Shown here: positions 12,050-25,400 of the stretch, piece after piece | Layout of the letters: each line of letters opens with the position of its first letter | How positions within the stretch are numbered: the first letter of the stretch is position 1 | Assembly (NCBI GenBank): GCA_905178155.1 | Contig: CAJINV010000006.1 | Coordinates: 3,222,437 to 3,286,436, forward strand | Length of the DNA stretch: 64,000 nucleotides | Reading direction: 5' to 3' | Source: Amoebophrya sp. A120 | Lineage: Eukaryota > Protista > Dinoflagellata | Position numbers and translations under genes: made by a program | Notes under the pieces: generated by a model | Databases searched by the model: none | Seen by the model: the letters and a program-made list of their open reading frames with translations, nothing else | What the model was told of the DNA's origin: nothing

Positions 12050-13470
12050 GGAGGAAATTGCTGCAGCTGAGTCGTCGAAATGAAGTCAGTTAGAGTTTTT
12101 TACGAGGGACAATTTCAGGTTTTCACGTCGAGCAGAAGTAGCTATTACTCAATTTATTACTTTTGTAAAATCGAAATCCTGTATCCCAGGTTGGTTTTAT
12201 CGAAGGCCCGAAATCATTATTGAAACAAAGAAACAACACACAAAAAGAACCCTGTTATGCAGCTTTATCAATTTGATGCACAGTCAAAACCTCGAGAACT
12301 CCGTTTACGTTTTCATCCCCAGTTGTCTATAACCTTCCATACATATCGCTAAGAATTTGCTCTTCGCAGCACGACACGCCACAACTGACGGAGCCCCATT
12401 GAAGATTCAATGGAGGGTATCCCAATATCGAGCTCTTTCTACTAATATCCTTTCCCTATCTACATTTTGAAGACCCAATAAAGAAGCTCTTTCCACTGTG
12501 TATTCGACCTTTATTTTGTAGTTTTTCACGTTTTTTTTTACTTTCTTTCAGATGATTCAAACGCCCCAGTGCCAGTTTTCACAAATTACAGAAACCCTAG
12601 TTGCAAACGCAAGTTATTGTTGTCGCCCCACGACAGAATGTAGTTCCTTTCAGCGCTGAAGCCCAGTTAGCAGGAATAAATTTTCGAAAAATTGCACTAA
12701 GTGTGACTCACTTCCATCCGCAACACGCGACCGATATGAATTTCCATGTGAAAATCCGGCGGCGGAGGGTGCCAGGTGTGCGGACCAGCTCTGGGATTAG
12801 GGCTTGCTGGTGTAGGTGCTTTAAGTATGTCTACACGTCGGTCTTCAAGTAACGACACCAAGCTGAGAGCTAGCAGTAGATTGTGATTGAGAGCGAGCAA
12901 GAGAGCGGAAATCACATTCTGAGCGAAGAGAGATGCTCGAGCAATTGTACATAGATGTAGCTCAGGAAAAAAACGAGTATACAAGGTTTCCTTTTCCAAA
13001 ATTGAAAATTAGTGATGCATGAGACACAAAGAATGCCAATGGTGACGTCCGCCCGAATAAACCTGCATTTCTGTGGTTGCTGGAAATCCGTGGACTCCTC
13101 TTACCGTCGACGTCACGACACCGCTTGCGTGTGGTGCGCTAGCTTGTTTTGCAGCTTAGCAGAGCCACGACGGTGAAGTGGAGCGTGGTCCGAAGATGCA
13201 ATGTCGTGACGATGCTTGTAAAAAGTGGCTCCTCGTCTGATCAGTGCCCCACGGCCGCTGCACGAGAACGTGCACCTTCGAAGAAGTTGCTGCAGTGCCA
13301 GCTGCATCCTTCGCGGAAGAAGAAAATGGGGATCATGATCTCGGGTTTCAGAAGAAGGACTTCTACTTTTGGGCACCTCCACAGGTTGTAAAAATCTAGG
13401 ACAACCAACGGCTGGGCGTTGTAATCCTAAGCTAATCTACGAGGACAATCAACAGCTCTTCGCTTCAGTC

Positions 13471-16400
13471 ATGAGCGGCGCAGAATCTACGTCGCGGCCT
13501 GGGTCACCGGAAAATTTTCCCGGTGGTACCACGACAAATTCCACCACCGAAGTCATCGACGTGGCCGCCTTGGAAGATGAGCAAGATGCTGCACAGCCCG
13601 TCGTGCCAGACGAAGAAGCGGAGGATGATAAAGACCAACAGCGCCAAACCGTCGAGCAGGTCCTTCGGAAGTGGGAAAACGACGTGAAAAAGTACGAGTC
13701 CCGGTTTCAAGCTCTGGATATGCATAAAAAAAACTGCGTAAGTGTATACTCTGTAAATGCAGAACATGCAACAGAGCCACACCTGTCATGCCAGACAACC
13801 ATGAGGTCCTTTTGGCAACATGTGTGTTTTCCGCCCATACAAGCCAGTACGCATGACAGGTTTAATACTCAGTCATGTAGAGCAAATTTGTGATGCTGTC
13901 AGCCAAAGATGATAGTTACACTAGCACAGTTTTTTTCTCGCATACTGGAGGAACGGCGATCGGTAGAACGCAAGAAAAACGAAGAGCAGAAACAGCGGAT
14001 TCTCGAACTAGAACGGTTCATTGCGGAAAATTCGAACACTGCAAATGGAGATGCGGACAAAGTAGATGGCACGACACCAGCAGGAGGGGAGGAGAGAGCA
14101 AATGATTTCAAATTTGTTCCTCCCCCGCGCCGAAAAGCCGGAGAAAGGAGGCAATCGCAGCCGGCAGGTACATCTAGGATCTCAACCACTTTGCCTTCAA
14201 GTGGTGCTGGTGCAGCAGATGCTGACACAGCAACTACACTGAATTTCGAAGACGAGGAGGGCCGGCGCGCCGACCGGGAGAGCATGATTGGGATGATAGG
14301 GCCCCCTGCTGCGGCTGCGAATACTAGTGCCACCTCGTCCAGTAGAGCAGCGTCGAAAGAGAGTCAAGCTCAAGTAGTCGAATCCTCAAATAAAGACGAG
14401 AATGAAAAGAAAGCTGCTGGAGCGAACAAAATAGTAGAAGAAGACCAAGACCACGCTGCTTCGAAAGACAAAGAGATGAAAGATCAGCAGTTATTAATAT
14501 GGAAAAACGAACTCCTCCTCGATGAGAAGGACAAACAGCTGAAACAAACCGCGACTGAATTGGACAAAGTGAAGCAAGACCTCGCCAAAGCGAAACAGTC
14601 CAGCGAGAGTCTTCAAGAGAAACTCGACAATTTACAGACCTCCCACCAGCAGCAAATCAAGACCATCCACGAAACAAAACGACGAGAGTTCGACGAACGG
14701 CTGAAAAGAGTGGAGAAGAAAGTCTGCGCAGAGTTTGAAGCGAAGTTGGTGCTGCACGAAGAAAAGGAGAAATCGCTGGAGAACACTTTGAAAGCGAAAC
14801 AAGTGGAATTCGCGACAGTAGAGGAAGAATTGACACTGTATCAGCAAAAACAGCACCCGTCACAAGTTATCAAATGCAAATATGTCTGGGTCTGGAAGGG
14901 TTCGAATTTGTGATGCGAATCCTACATCGTGACAAAATCTGTCATGCAGGGCCAGCAAAAGGCCTCCCCGGCTCTTGTTACAGAAAGATGTGATAATTTG
15001 TCGTGCGGATTAGGCATTGGGATAGCTGCTCGAATAAATCTGTGATGCTAGGGCTTGCATGCCAGACGATCTGGGTCAGGCAAAAACTGCATGACAAGTG
15101 GTCTCGCAGCCTTCCAGACCCAGACATGTTTGCAGTCGATACAAGTCCAGGACGTGCAAGACTTTCAGTCGAAAATTTCCAACGCGACTCTGCACTTGGA
15201 ATCAGAAATCGAAGAATTGAAGAAGGAGAAATCAAGTCGGGATGAGAAGGAGCATATGCATTCTCGAAATTAAAGTGTCGCACTCTACTAGTATAAATCG
15301 CATGACAAGTTTGCTCCGCATGACACATGGAATTTGTAATGGAAATGGTGTTTTAGCTTACTTAGGAAGAAGATTTGTCATGCAAGTCTGCAACTACCAT
15401 CAGAGTACGACACTTTTGTCGAGTGCATAGAGCAGAAGGTTCTGTACGAATACCGGATGAAAATCATCGAATTAGAACAGGAAATATGCATTGCAAATAT
15501 GTCTGGGTCTGGAACAACTTGTGATGCTAACTTTGGAATCTGAAGAAATCTGTATTGCATGACCAGCAAGAGCGAGGACCACTCCAGTTTATGCTACTTA
15601 CGCGGGGAGGGCATTTGTCATGCGGAATAGGCATCGGGAAGCCTATTAAAAATTTGTGGTGCTAGGACATACATCACAGACGCTCATGGGTCATGCAGAA
15701 CATGCATGACAAACCTTGCGCTCGTGTCCAGACCCAGACACATTTGCAGTTGATAGGAAAACGCGAGGATAAATCACCTCGCGGAAGAGAATATCGTCCT
15801 GTGCAAAACAAGTATCGTACTAGTATAAAGCGCACGACAAATTTCCTCAGCATGAGAAACGAAAGATGTAACGCGGATTCGCCTTGACCTTGACCTTGAG
15901 ACGAAGATTTGTAATGCGTGACTGCGATTAGTACGAGGGCAATACAAGTTTTGCAATGCATAGCGAAGCAGTTTTTAGAAGAAGATTTGCGGAAAGAAGT
16001 GGAAGAACTCGCTTTGGAACTGGAAACGAAAAAGCAAAACGAGAAGGAACTGTTTTCCAAAACGGCGTATTTCGCGATCGACGAGAAGATCAAAGATTAC
16101 AAGAAGCAGATGGAGCTAGACAAAGAGGAGTTTGAGAAAAAACTCGCCGATGAGAACAGCGTATGGAACTGTCAGGATTGAAATTGACAAAGTTGAAAAA
16201 TTTGTGATGCGTAAAACCGATACCAGTTGGAAGCCCAAGTTCTAAGCTGCACATGACAAATCTCGACCTCATCTAAATCCAGTCTGTCATGCTGATTAGT
16301 GCAAGAAGGTATCCTTTGTCATGCTATTTCAGCAGCTCTATCCCAAACCCGAAACAGGCTTACAGTTACAATCGGCCTCACTTGCAACCCCTGCAAGACA

Positions 16401-19400
16401 GTCACTTCGTGCCTTGCATTTTATGCATCACAGATTATTTCAACTTTGTCGATTTCAACCCTGACAGACCCATACAGCGCGAAGAATTCTTTGTTGGAAC
16501 TGAAATGCAGCGAGTTGCAGCTCCAGAACGATAAATTACTATGTGAGAAGGAGATACTAACCGGGGAGGTGATGAACTTGCGGCTGTTGGTCGACGCAGA
16601 TTATCCTGTGCAACAGTATCGTACTCGTAGTAATCGCAGGGATGCATTACAAACCTACATCCCAAGGTGAAACAGCATAAGAAATTCAATTTCTCATGCT
16701 GAGCAAATTTGTAATGCGATTACTGCTAGTGCAATAGAATAGGATACTTTGCAATGCATACAAATCCAGGCAACGACAGTCCGATCCTGATGATCGGCTC
16801 CACTTCCGATCTTGACACGGCTGGTGGAGTGCCGCTTTTTCGGAGGTCGGTGGCAGAACTATTGCGAGGAAAAATCCCCCCTCCCCATATCGATAAGGCA
16901 CGCCTCAGAAAATTTGTCATGCTGATTTGTGACCACAAATCGCATCTGTGATGCAAGAAAGCAATGCCACAGGCTCCGCCCCATTATGCAGGTGGTTCGT
17001 AATGCTATTGGGCCTACGGCATGGACGTTCCCCATGCTAGGCGCCTAGGCCAAAACCTCTCGACTCCGGCACGATATAGGCCTGCAGTCCTTTACTGCAA
17101 GACAAAGGCTATTTGTGGCCACAAATTAGCATTACAAATTTCGTTTTTGATATGGGGAGGGGGGATTTTTGCTCATGATGAGAAACGGTCGACTCAGCCA
17201 TGAGTCCGGCGGGGAGTGATCGGTTTCTAGGTGGAGCAGAGGGGAACAACAAAACGCCGATTCATTTTCATGATCCAGGGGCAGCACGAATGACAGCCAC
17301 AGGAGCCCCAATGACCACAGGTTCGAAACTTGTTGACCTTGCAGGAGGCGTAGGTGCGGCTAGTAGCGATGACGAGGAGTTGATCGTTGACGAATCCACT
17401 GCCACTTCTGCCGGGGGTGGCGGACCTACACCGCAGAGCTTAGGAGCAACCACTACCGGAGCGGCAGCAGCTGATACAGTAGAACAGAACTACGCAGCAG
17501 AAGGACGAGAAACAAAAGACCGCGTCAAGGACCACGACGAGGATCATGATCTTCCCAGTACGATGAAGAACAATCTCTCAAAATCTTCCAAAGCGCCGTC
17601 CTCCCTCGACCGCAGCATCGCCGAATTAGGGTTGCAGGATTCGCCACTTGCTTCGCCAGAAGATGAAAGTTTGGAAAAAGCAAAAGGAAAAAGTGACCAC
17701 CAGGGTGCGTCCTCCTCGAGCGGGGCAAGTACTAGCAGTCCGAGTGGACCACGAGCGAAGGGACTGCTTCCACCCGATGAAAAGGAAAACGACTCGTCAA
17801 ATAAGTCAATAAAAAATGACAACGCAGCTTCTACGTGGTCAAGAACACCACCGCAGACGGTAACCGGAGGTCCACCAGATCCAGACAACGGGACAGGTGC
17901 ACCAGCAGGAGGAGCTTCTTCTATCGCAAAAACCCCTCTATTGGTGATTAACGACGAGCTGGATGCGTTGTTGAGCGGAAAAACCAACAACCTCTTGCAG
18001 CAAAACCCTCACTATCCTGTGCAAAAGTATCGTACTCGTATTGCATAATCATGCATTACAAATCTTTTTGTTGAGGTAGATCAGCATTAGAAATTTTATT
18101 TGTCATGCTGAGGAAATTTGTAATGCAGCATTGATACGAGTGCGATACATGTGCAAGTCATACCTACTCCCCGAACGCGGTGCTGATGCGGGAAGAGGAA
18201 GACGGAATTTCCCCGGCCAAGGAGCAAGACGGAAAAATAACTGCACAGGACCGAGATCAGTCGCATAACTCCAAGAACAGCAGCAAGAATAATTCATCCG
18301 GTAATGATGTCAGAACTAGAACAAGCAACAGCAAGTCGAAGTTGAAAGCATTGCGCGATCAGAGCAAATTCGCGTTTGAAGAGATGATGAAGCGGATGAC
18401 GGAGGTGATATGGCGTAGTTCTCAAGCGTTACATTCTCAGCTGCTGCATGGAGGTTTGTCATGCAAGATTACAATCAGAATCGGCACGATCAAGCTGCTT
18501 CGCATGACAAACTGCCGAGAGGCCAACCAGGCGGAAAATCTGTGCCAAATCTGTCATGCAACACGCACAAGGTCATCCCCCTCACTTTTATTGCCATTCA
18601 TTCTTGCGTCACAAATTCGTGTAACAGTTGAGAGCGTAACAGTTGAGAACGCCATAAGTGAGAGCGGAATCTGATCGGAAAGTTAAGGAAGCGCAGGACA
18701 AGTTGGAAGTGCAAACGAAAAGCTTGATGGGAAAGGTATGGAAGAATTATTTAAAATTTTTTGCTCTCACTTTATCAAAGTCGTTTCTATGCTGTGACTT
18801 TTTGGAAGTGGGTATTAACGAAATTGGCGAAAATTTCAATTTTGTTTTTATTCTCGAGAGTGTGCTGATTTTTACTTTCATTATCACGGGGATGCGTACC
18901 GTCCACCTTTTGCAGCCATCACGCAAAGATGCAATAATTGGTCACTTTTGTCAATGTTTCGGGTTGATTAAGATTTTATTGTTTGTGATTTGAAGTGTTT
19001 ATGAATGTTCATGAACGAGTGCAAAATTACAAGTTTCTAATACATAGTACTACAGCGAGTTGCTATCAAAAAAACAATTTTCTAATCGCAGGTGTCGCAC
19101 CTCGAGGAGCAGCGTGACGTGCTCCAAGTCCGGAACCAAACCGTGGAAGAAGAATTGAAGCAAATGATTATTTGAAGAAAAATCTGCCCTCCTCATATCG
19201 AAAAGGAAATTTGTGATGCTGATTTTTGGCCGCAGATCAGCTTTGTGTTGCGTACAAGGCAGACGGCACCCATGTGGCGCATTGTAGAGCTAGTCTGTCG
19301 CGCGTTTTCATCCCATATGTCGGACTAGTTTCTCATGCTCAGCGGCTATCCGGATGCGTAGTATCCAAAAGGGCTTAGAACAAAACGCCGACAAGCTCTT

Positions 19401-22400
19401 GCTGCAATACAAAGTTCATTTGTGTACACAAATCCAGCAACACAAATTGTCTTCTGAACATCATGGGGTGGGGGCTTTTTTCACTTTGATAATGATCGCG
19501 ACCAACACGACAAATTCGATCGAGTTGAAGAACCTCCAAAACCTCTTCAACGCCCAAAAACAAGAGGCGGACGAGTACAGGAGAAAGGCTGGGATAATGT
19601 CGTTAACCGCAACGTTGACAGCGTGTTCCTACCCGATTTGCCACAACGATACCATCAAACAAACCACCTTCCAAGAACTCCGGATTCAGTTGCTACAGAA
19701 AAAAATCGCTTCACTTCAAAACAAGAAACAGAGGGAAGAGGAGGATGACCAGAAGCAGGCGTTATTGTTCAAAGCCTGCAAAGCAGAGCTGAAGCAACTG
19801 GGATACGACATTTCTGGGAAATTACCCCTGGTGTTGTTGGACGAGGACGATGGTAGCAGCACGACAGCTTCCAGCCCGACAAACGCAAGCGGCTTGATGT
19901 CTGGCCAGACATTGTTCCCAGACGAGGAACCAGCAAGCGCTTCTAACGAAACTGTACGAACTGCAAAAGCATCGTACTAGTATAAATTGCAATACAAATG
20001 CAAATCAGCTCAGCATTACAAATTAAATTTGTAATGCGGATTTGCCTTAAGAAAGTCAAAGATTTGCAATGCATAAAAGCAATTAGTACGCGTACGATAC
20101 TTTTGCACAGGATAGACTGAAGACGAAGCTGACAAAGTCGGTGACGCGTCCAGATATCGACTGGACGACACGGGACTGGAGGCGGTCGAGGAAATGCTAA
20201 AATTTGACCAGATGGGAATAAATAGTAGAAGTGTCTTCATCTCTACTCTTGCGGACCCACCACCTCCTTCTCCCTCTGCACAACTAATGGACGATGACGA
20301 CACTGAAAAGGGCTTGAATTCTACTTCCAGCCCACGAGGAATAGATCATGCGTCCTCGTCTTCACAGCAAGTATCAAAGCCTTCCTTCCTCGACACCGTG
20401 CTCAAACTCGGCACCGACACCGCTGGGGATTGCAACTTTATCGCAACCGAGATTGCAGTATCAAATGTAAAAATGTCTGGGTCTGGAAACTTGTGATGCT
20501 AGGCGGCATATCATGAGGAAGCCACAGGTGCTGGCTCAGCATGAGAAGTTTCTGAGCTTCTCGGTGTTGCGTATTCTACATGACAAACTGCGTTTCTGCA
20601 TGACAGAAAAGTGGCGCTCTTGGGTAACGTGCATGACAGATTTGAGAGTCATGCCAGACACGCATGACAAACATGGACGCTTCCAGACGCAGACATTTTT
20701 ACATTTGATATGCAGAAACCCTATCCGCCATGAAAATCGGCGTGAGTGAGATTCCGACCATTCTCTTCCCTCTAGAGTACAAACGCTCGAATATCCTGTG
20801 TAAAAAAGTCCCCACCCCAGAGTTGTCATGCAGATTTGCGATTACAGGAAGATTTGTAATGCGCATCTCCATGACGAGAGCGACGCAGTTCCAATTGCGT
20901 TTTGGAATTTTGTAATGCTGTAAACAGGATAAGCAGATGGATTTGTGATGCGGTTGTCCTTGCTAACATGCACTACACCAAGGACGGACTGCAACTTGTC
21001 ATGCCTGGCTCCCAAAACTTCTGGATTTGTGTTGCTAAGTTTCCAACTTGACTATGGGTCGGGGACGTTTTTACATATGATATCGAAAAAGTTCCGGCTG
21101 TTTCAGAAAGGCATGTTGAAATCCGTCCTCTACTTGGAAAAATCCTCTTCGTTTTTGCTCGATTTAACGGTGTATGGATTGCAAATATGTCTGGGTCTGG
21201 AAGAATGAGCAACTTGTCATGCTCGGCGAGCATGATCCTCAAGCCTGTCATGTTGCACGTCACCCAAAAATAGCCTCATTTTTCTCTCATGCAAATAAAG
21301 TGCAGTTTCTCATGCAGAATACACAACACCAAGCACCTCAGAAACTTGTCATGCTAGAGCGCCAATTGGAATTGTGGCGTCCTCAAGATTCGCCAACCAG
21401 CATCACAAGTTTCCAGAGTCTGACATATTTGCAAGGCATACGGTGCGGATCGCGCGGTGCTTGGAGGAATATGACTTGCCCAAACGTTACAATCTCAACC
21501 GTTACAATAGAATCTGGACGAATTTGTGTTGCATGATGAGCATGACAGGCTCACACAGCGATCCACCTTTTGCAATACAAATTTCGTCAGAGTGTCGTGG
21601 GGTTTAGGGCTCCGGAACTTGTCATGCGCAATCCTATGAGACTTGGCTAGATCATGCCGTCTTGCATCACAGATTTCTATATTCTATTGTAACGTTTGAG
21701 ATTGTAACACCTGAGCGGGCTATAAGGAATCGGGGAAGTTTCTCGGGTTGCAGAAACTGTGCAGATTCGTGGAGGACTACTGCTACCGGTCCGTTTTTAC
21801 GTTCGGGAAAAGGGAAAGATCACGGTTTTCCGAATTCGCGAAGGAAGAATTTGCGCGGAAATACGAGGTATCAAATGCAAAAATGTCTGGATCTGGAAAC
21901 TTGTGTTGCTGATACTTGCATTGCAAACTTGCTGCTTGTACAGCATAACAGCATGAGAAATTGTTTCCCTCGGCATTCCTTGCGGATTCATTTTTCGTGT
22001 TTAGCATTACAAACTGCGCCATCCAGCATGACAAAAAACCTGGCCAATGGTATTCATGCATTACAGATCTTGTTGTCCTTGAAGTCCTGCATCACAAATC
22101 CAGACATATTTGCAATGCATACGAGGACGCACTCCAGTTGGCGGATGAGGAAGGGAACAACGCGTATGAGCTGAAGAAAAAGGTAAAGGAGCTGGTACCC
22201 TGTGTAAAAACGACGTCACCACGAGGACCCCATAGTCAAGTTGGAAAATCTGCAACATAAATCTGTGTACCGCTACCGCCCTTCTGTTTAGCATGACAAC
22301 TCTGGGGTCCTCGTGGGGACGTTTTTTCTTAGGATAGCTGGAGGAAAAGATTCAAGAGATGGCGCGCAAGGAAGTGGAACAACAGAAAAATCTTTCATCT

Positions 22401-25400
22401 GCAGTTTCAGCATCTTCAATGCCAGGGCCTACTTCGTCGCAACAAGATTTAGCCAGCACGAACCTCCCAAACACTTCGACAACGCCAGCAGGACCAGGTC
22501 CGCCGCGAAGTAGTAAAGGTGCTGGCGGTGGTCCTGGGAAAAATAAGGGCTCGACAACAACTCCGAAGCCATTCATGAGTTTGAAAGAGTTGCATGAGAA
22601 ACTGAACTATGAACTGCAAAAGTATCGTACTCGTATAAATGCATATACAAATTTCCTCAGCGTGAGAAATAAAATTTGTGATGCGGATTTACCATAAGCA
22701 AAAGACTCGTATAATGCATGATTGCAATACGAGTGCGATGCTTATGCTTTTGCGCTGGATATGAACCAAGTCGAAGCGGAGGCGGTGCAGGAAGCGAATT
22801 CGCCACAGTATTGTGAGGCAAACTCCCCCCTCCCCATATCAAAACGAAGCTTCTGATGCTGGATTTGCGTACAGAAATCCGATCTCTCTTGCAGAAACTG
22901 CTTCGCGGCATTTTCTGAGCCTGTTTCGGTATGCAGAAGGCTAGCAATTGCGCATGGCAAACAGGTTCGCAGTAGTCGAAAGCGCATGTCAGACTTGCTC
23001 TGGAGTGCGTCAAACGGCTCTTCTGGCCCTATACGCTTGACGAAGATGATTTGTGACCACACATCAGCAACACAAATTTCCGTTTTGATATGGGGAGGGG
23101 GGATTTTTCATTTTGATACACAGAAAGTTGAGCTGATAGGAGAAGGACAACTAGTATATCTGGAACAAGCAAATTCTGAGGCAACAGCCTCTACATCTGC
23201 ACTGCAAGACTCATCTGCACAACTGCAAGGTCCATCTGCACAACTGCAAGATCCATCTTCTGCAACAGCTCCGGTGAACACGAAAGGAGCGAAAGCAACA
23301 GTGGTCGTTCCAGGGATCAAAGGGAAAGGAAAGAAAGCCGCACCACCGCCGGTGCCTGGGTCTGTAGCGCCAGTTGCGACTTTTTCAGGTACCAAGGGGA
23401 ACGGAGATGATGATGTCGTTTCTGCTAATAGCAGCACGACAAGTGGCGCACCACCTGGCAAAGGGGGCAAGGCCGCTCTATGGCGTTCTCAAACGTTACA
23501 TTCTCAGCTGTTGCATGGATTTGTCATGCAAATTTGCTATCACCCTCCACACAATCAGGCTACTTAGCATGACAAACTCGCTGCAGTACGCTTAACAACA
23601 GGTACATCCGTTCCAAATTTGTAATGCCAAGCGTGCAAAAATCTTTCCGCTTGGACATTTACTATTCTTGCAACACAAATTTATGTAACGGTTGAGAATT
23701 ATATAACATTTGAGAAGGCCATACCCTCCTCCGCCAGTGCCAGGATCATCGTCGGGGCAAGCCGCATATGGATTGCAAATATGTCTGGGTCTGGAACGTT
23801 GCAACTTGTGATGCTGTGTTTGGATTCCAAAAAAAAATTGTATTGCATTACCAGCAACAGGTGTCCAGTTCTTGCTACGTGGAGGGGGCATTTCTCATGC
23901 GGAATAGGCATCAGGAATCCCTGCTCTAAAAGTCTGTGATGCAAGGTCGTGCATTACAGGCATTCTGGGTCATGCAAAATATGCATGACAAACCTGGCAA
24001 TCTTCCAGACCCAGACACTTTTACATTTGATACCGCAGTACCACCTGCACCTAAAGGAGCAGCACCGCCGGCGCCAGTTCTGGCAAAAGGGGCTCCTCCT
24101 CCGGTACCTGGCGGGAAAGTAGGCGGTGCGCTGCCAATACCTGGGGGGAAAGGAGCAGCACCCCCACCAATACCTGCAGGGACGAACAAAGGCGGAGCAG
24201 CACCCCCACCTCCCGCTCCCGGCAAAGGCGCAGCACCACCCGCAAAAGGCGGCGCTGGTGCGCCACCTCCTGCAAAAGGCGCCGCTGCACCACCAGGGAA
24301 AGGCGCAGCTGCACCACCCGGCGGTCTGAAAGGCGCCGCTGCACCGGGGAAAGGAGGAGTTAAAGCCGCCGCCGTATGGGCGGGTACTCAAACGTTACGT
24401 TGTTTGCTGTAATGCGTGACTTGTCAGGCAAAATTTAAATACCATCAGCATCCACACGACCAAGCTGCTAGTTCGCATGACAAATTCTTGAAGGCGGGCT
24501 AAAAAGAAAAACATCATGGCAAAAAAATATGCGCCGAAATTGTAAATGGAAGAGCTGCTCTAGTAGGTTTTCTCCCACCTTTTGCTTTTGCTATTCATTC
24601 TTGCGTGACAAATCCATGTAGCCAGGAACTGACAGGGTAACGCTTGAGAACCACTTCATACGCCGGTGGGAAAGGCAAGGGAAAGAATCAGCCGCAAATC
24701 GACATTCCGCTGCATGACGTCCCAGAACCACCGAAGGAGCACGTCGCGAAGGCCTTGCACTGGCAGAAACTAATCCCGAAGCAGTACGAGAACAGTATTT
24801 TCGCGAGGTTAACTTTACTGAAAGAGAACAAGAAGCCCCCGCCGCCAGGGGGGGATCAACTTCTACATCATCCGGAGGATATCATACAACCAGCAGGAAG
24901 AACACCCAGTAGCCCCTCCTCTGGGCCTATCGTGAAAAATAAAACCGCCGTCGCTGGTACTCCTCTCCCAAGCAGCAGCGCTCTTGCGTCCCCGCCACCC
25001 AGTTCGCAAAAACTGATGCTGAAGAGCAGTCACAATTTGACTACCGCTGCAGGAGGTGCTACCGCTTCGTCTTCTACGCGCCCCAACACGAATTTCGCGA
25101 AGGTTTTACAGAATCTTGGGAAAAACTGCCGCTTGCAGAAGATCCAACAACACTTCTTCCAAAAGCCAGTCGCGAAAACAACTGCCGGCGGCGGGAATAA
25201 AGACGGTGCTCCTGGTGGTGGTGGAGCTGCAGGTGGTAAAAAGGAAAAGAAGCTCACAACGTTATTAGAAGACGGCGGGAAGGCGCAAAACATTGAAATT
25301 GCGTTGAAATCAAGGAGTATCACCGCGGAACAGGTGCGGAAACGGCTATGCATTTGAAAAGCATCTTCGTGCGTAGGAGTAATTCTAATTGCATCACAGA

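Noticed and set aside
14866-15143. Tc1/mariner-type TA target duplication
   Set aside because: The TA belongs to the element's TAT...ATA termini; the duplicated target is the variable 5-mer outside, and removing element plus 5 nt restores the frame
14978-16956. Many short ORFs sharing peptides such as PDPDIFAF, KCKYVWVW, QTQTFLHL, NVPTPE
   Set aside because: Translations of introner TIRs in various frames, not a protein family
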